A stretch of DNA of 64,000 nucleotides from Arcobacteraceae bacterium (GTDB lineage: Bacteria > Campylobacterota > Campylobacteria > Campylobacterales > Arcobacteraceae): positions 32,001 to 96,000 of the forward strand of contig CBDCZH010000016.1 in the NCBI GenBank assembly GCA_965224485.1, written 5' to 3'. A program made the position numbers and the translations under genes. The notes beneath the pieces are model-generated. The model searched no databases. It was given only the letters and a program-made list of their open reading frames with translations, and was not told where the DNA came from. Below, in pieces: positions 61,184 through 64,000 of the stretch (within the stretch, counting starts at the first letter, position 1; each line of letters starts with the position of its first letter).

Positions 61184-64000
61184 ATGTCAGAAATACCTCA
61201 ATTTACACATTTACACTTACATACTGAGTACTCACTACTTGATGGTGCCAATAAAATAAAAGTATTGGCTAAAAAAGTAAAAGAAATGGGCATGACTTCT
61301 GTTGCTATGACAGATCATGGAAATATGTTTGGGGCAATTGATTTTTATAATGCTATGAATAAAGTAGGAGTTAAACCTATTATTGGAATGGAAGCTTATA
61401 TTCATAATTCAGAAGAACTTGGAGATAAGTCAACAAGACAAAGATTTCATTTATGTTTATATGCTAAAAATGAAATAGGATATAAAAATCTTATGTATTT
61501 GAGTAGCCAAGCTTATATGCACGGATTTTATTACTATCCTAGAATTAATAAAAAACTACTAAGAGAAAATTCAGAAGGGATTGTTTGTTCAGCCGCATGT
61601 TTACAAGGTGAAATCAACTGGCATTTAAATTTAAAAAATGAAAGAAATATTAAAAATGGTGCAAAAGGGTATGAGAGAGCAAAAGAAGTTGCTTTAGAAT
61701 ATAGAGATATATTTGGCGATGACTTTTATCTTGAAATCATGCGTCATGGCATTTCAGATCAACACTATATTGATGATAGCATTTTAAGAATAGCCCACGA
61801 AACTGGTATTAAAGTTGTTGCAACTAATGATACACATTATTCTGAGCAAAAAGATGCAGATGCTCATGAAGCTTTTATGTGTATAGCTATGAATAAACTT
61901 TATGATGATCCAAATAGACTTAGACATAGTGTTCATGAATTTTACTTAAAATCACCAGAACAAATAGCAAAACTTTATGCTGATATTCCAGAAGCAATAG
62001 AAGCAACACAAGAAATTGCTAATAAATGTAATTTGACAATAAAATTAGGAGATCCAACCCCTCCAAATTTCAAGTTTACAAGAACTAAGGCTGCTATTAC
62101 TAACTTAGAGTTACCAGAACCGCAGCTTGAATATTCACTTGAAAATGATAAGATATTATTTATTGATGAGTGTTGGAGAGGTTTAGAAAAACGATTAAAA
62201 ATTGTTAAAGAAGAAAAACATCAAGAGTATAAAGATCGATTACAAGTAGAGATTGATATTATTAATAATATGAAATTTCCAGGTTATATGCTTATTGTTT
62301 GGGATTTTGTTATTGTAGCAAAACAGATGAAAATTCCTGTAGGTCCTGGACGTGGTTCAGCTGCTGGTTCACTTGTAGCTTTTTCACTTGAAATTACAGA
62401 TATCGATCCCATGCCTTATGGTTTGTTATTTGAGCGATTTTTAAATCCAGAACGTATATCAATGCCAGATATTGATATGGATTTCTGTCAAGCTAGACGT
62501 GGTGAAATTATTGATTATGTAGTACAACAATATGGACGTGCAAACGTTGCTCAAATTATTACCTTTGGTAAACTTTTAGCAAAAGGAGTTATTAGAGATG
62601 TTGCACGAGTTTTAGATATGCCTTATTCTAAAGCTGATGCTATGGCTAAATTAATTCCTGATGAATTAGGAATTGATTTAGCAAACTCTTATATTAAAGA
62701 ACCAAAAATAAAAGAGTTATGCGATTCTGATCCTCAAGCAGCTAGAGTTTGGGAATATGCTCTAGCATTAGAAGGACTAAATAGAAATGCAGGAACACAT
62801 GCAGCTGGTGTTGTTATTTCAAATGAACCTTTATGGAATAAAACTCCTTTATTTAAACCCTCAGGTCTTGATACACTTGCAACTCAATATAATGGTAAAT
62901 ATGTTGAAGATGTTGATTTAATCAAGTTTGACTTTTTAGGACTTAAAACATTAACTGTAATTGAAGAAGCGAATAAACTAATAGAAAAAAGACATGGAAA
63001 AAGAATTGATTTTATTAGTGCTGATGTAAATGATAAAGGTGTTTATAACCTAATTCAAACAGGAAATACTATTGGTTTATTTCAAATAGAATCAGATGGT
63101 ATGCAAGATTTATGTAAGCGACTTAAACCTGATAATTTTGAAGATATTATTGCAGTCTTAGCATTATATAGACCAGGTCCAATGGAGTCAGGAATGTTAG
63201 ATGACTTTATTAACAGAAAACATGGCCGGGCCAAAATTGATTATTTTTATGATGAATTCACTGAACCTCTAACTCCTATACTTGAACCTACTTATGGAGT
63301 TATTGTTTATCAAGAGCAAGTTATGCAAATTGTACAAACTATTGGTGGATTTTCACTTGGTGGGGCCGATTTAGTTCGTAGGGCAATGGGTAAAAAAATT
63401 ATTGAAGAGATGGATAGATTAAAAGGTGAGTTTGCCCTTGGTGGAGTTAAAAAAGGTTATAACAAAGAACACTGTGAAGAACTATTTGATTTAATTGTAA
63501 AATTTGCAGGATATGGATTTAATAAATCACATTCAGCTGCTTATGCTATGGTAACTTTTTATACATCTTATTTAAAAAACTATTATCCAACTGAATTTAT
63601 GGCAGCTTTATTAACACTAGAAAAAGATAATACAGATAAAGTTGTAAAATACGTAGATGAAGTAAAAAGATTAAATATTGAGCTTTTTCCACCAGATATA
63701 AATAAATCATTTTTAGTTTTTTCAGCTACTAAAATTGATAAAAAAGAAGTTGTTATGTTTGGTATGGGGGCACTTAAAGGTGCTGGAGATGTTGCGATTA
63801 ATTCTATTTTAAACTCAAGAAAAGAAGGTGGAAACTTTAAAGATTTGCCTGATTTTATTTCAAGAATTGATGGAAGCAAGGTAAATAAAAGAGTAATAGA
63901 AGCCTTAACAAAATCAGGAGCTTTTGATAGTTTTGGCTATTCAAGAAAAGCTATGTTAGAACAAATTGAGATTATTTCAGAAGCGGTATCTAACTCAATG
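61184..64000 (+). CDS. dnaE: DNA polymerase III alpha subunit (partial, runs off right end)
   Basis: Not in ORF track. Translation gives FTHLHLHTEYSLLDGA, MTDHGNMFG, GPGRGSAAGS, PDIDMDF, AGYGFNKSHSAAY (no intein at this site). Confidence 0.97.
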   Translation, partial: MSEIPQFTHLHLHTEYSLLDGANKIKVLAKKVKEMGMTSVAMTDHGNMFGAIDFYNAMNKVGVKPIIGMEAYIHNSEELGDKSTRQRFHLCLYAKNEIGYKNLMYLSSQAYMHGFYYYPRINKKLLRENSEGIVCSAACLQGEINWHLNLKNERNIKNGAKGYERAKEVALEYRDIFGDDFYLEIMRHGISDQHYIDDSILRIAHETGIKVVATNDTHYSEQKDADAHEAFMCIAMNKLYDDPNRLRHSVHEFYLKSPEQIAKLYADIPEAIEATQEIANKCNLTIKLGDPTPPNFKFTRTKAAITNLELPEPQLEYSLENDKILFIDECWRGLEKRLKIVKEEKHQEYKDRLQVEIDIINNMKFPGYMLIVWDFVIVAKQMKIPVGPGRGSAAGSLVAFSLEITDIDPMPYGLLFERFLNPERISMPDIDMDFCQARRGEIIDYVVQQYGRANVAQIITFGKLLAKGVIRDVARVLDMPYSKADAMAKLIPDELGIDLANSYIKEPKIKELCDSDPQAARVWEYALALEGLNRNAGTHAAGVVISNEPLWNKTPLFKPSGLDTLATQYNGKYVEDVDLIKFDFLGLKTLTVIEEANKLIEKRHGKRIDFISADVNDKGVYNLIQTGNTIGLFQIESDGMQDLCKRLKPDNFEDIIAVLALYRPGPMESGMLDDFINRKHGRAKIDYFYDEFTEPLTPILEPTYGVIVYQEQVMQIVQTIGGFSLGGADLVRRAMGKKIIEEMDRLKGEFALGGVKKGYNKEHCEELFDLIVKFAGYGFNKSHSAAYAMVTFYTSYLKNYYPTEFMAALLTLEKDNTDKVVKYVDEVKRLNIELFPPDINKSFLVFSATKIDKKEVVMFGMGALKGAGDVAINSILNSRKEGGNFKDLPDFISRIDGSKVNKRVIEALTKSGAFDSFGYSRKAMLEQIEIISEAVSNSM

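Noticed and set aside
63500..63545. Intein in dnaE or recA
   Set aside because: The AGYGFNKSHSAAY site is uninterrupted, RecA is normal length, and no intein motifs were noticed
5262..63879. Short ORFs antisense to long genes (e.g. 5262-5462, 8069-8389, 9354-9605, 15157-15426, 30972-31229, 50302-50583, 63583-63879)
   Set aside because: Shadow frames of well-supported genes, with no recognisable motif or RBS

Overview
AT-rich chromosomal segment of a Campylobacterota bacterium, most consistent with Arcobacteraceae (recA-eno-ftsB-like-AMIN, fabZ-lpxA-clpX-mreBC, futalosine-pathway mqnD, epsilon-type complex I with non-canonical E/F-slot subunits). Mostly core genes: pseBCFGH, recA, eno, bioB, topA, murB, a 14-gene nuo operon, nfo, queH, lpxB/A, ribE, mnmG, ccoG, pyrG, recJ and dnaE (runs off the right end). 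The main accessory block (29.7-38.3 kb) is an uptake locus with a Fur-type box, an orphan NMT1/SsuA-type binding protein, two tandemly duplicated TonB-dependent receptors with a visible duplication scar, and a type II ABC importer. Other oddities: an ERIC-like nested hairpin upstream of mnmG, a NuoF-slot protein that looks like a cofactor-less copy of the NuoG C-terminal half, a zinc-free TopA with a Lys-rich tail, an AAA ATPase with an Asn-Glu Walker B, a stand-alone RecD/Dda-like helicase, two G-free repeat tracts, and three extra-A homopolymer frameshifts that are probably sequencing errors. No rRNA, tRNA, CRISPR array, transposase or integrase was seen. Family calls come from recalled motifs, not database searches.
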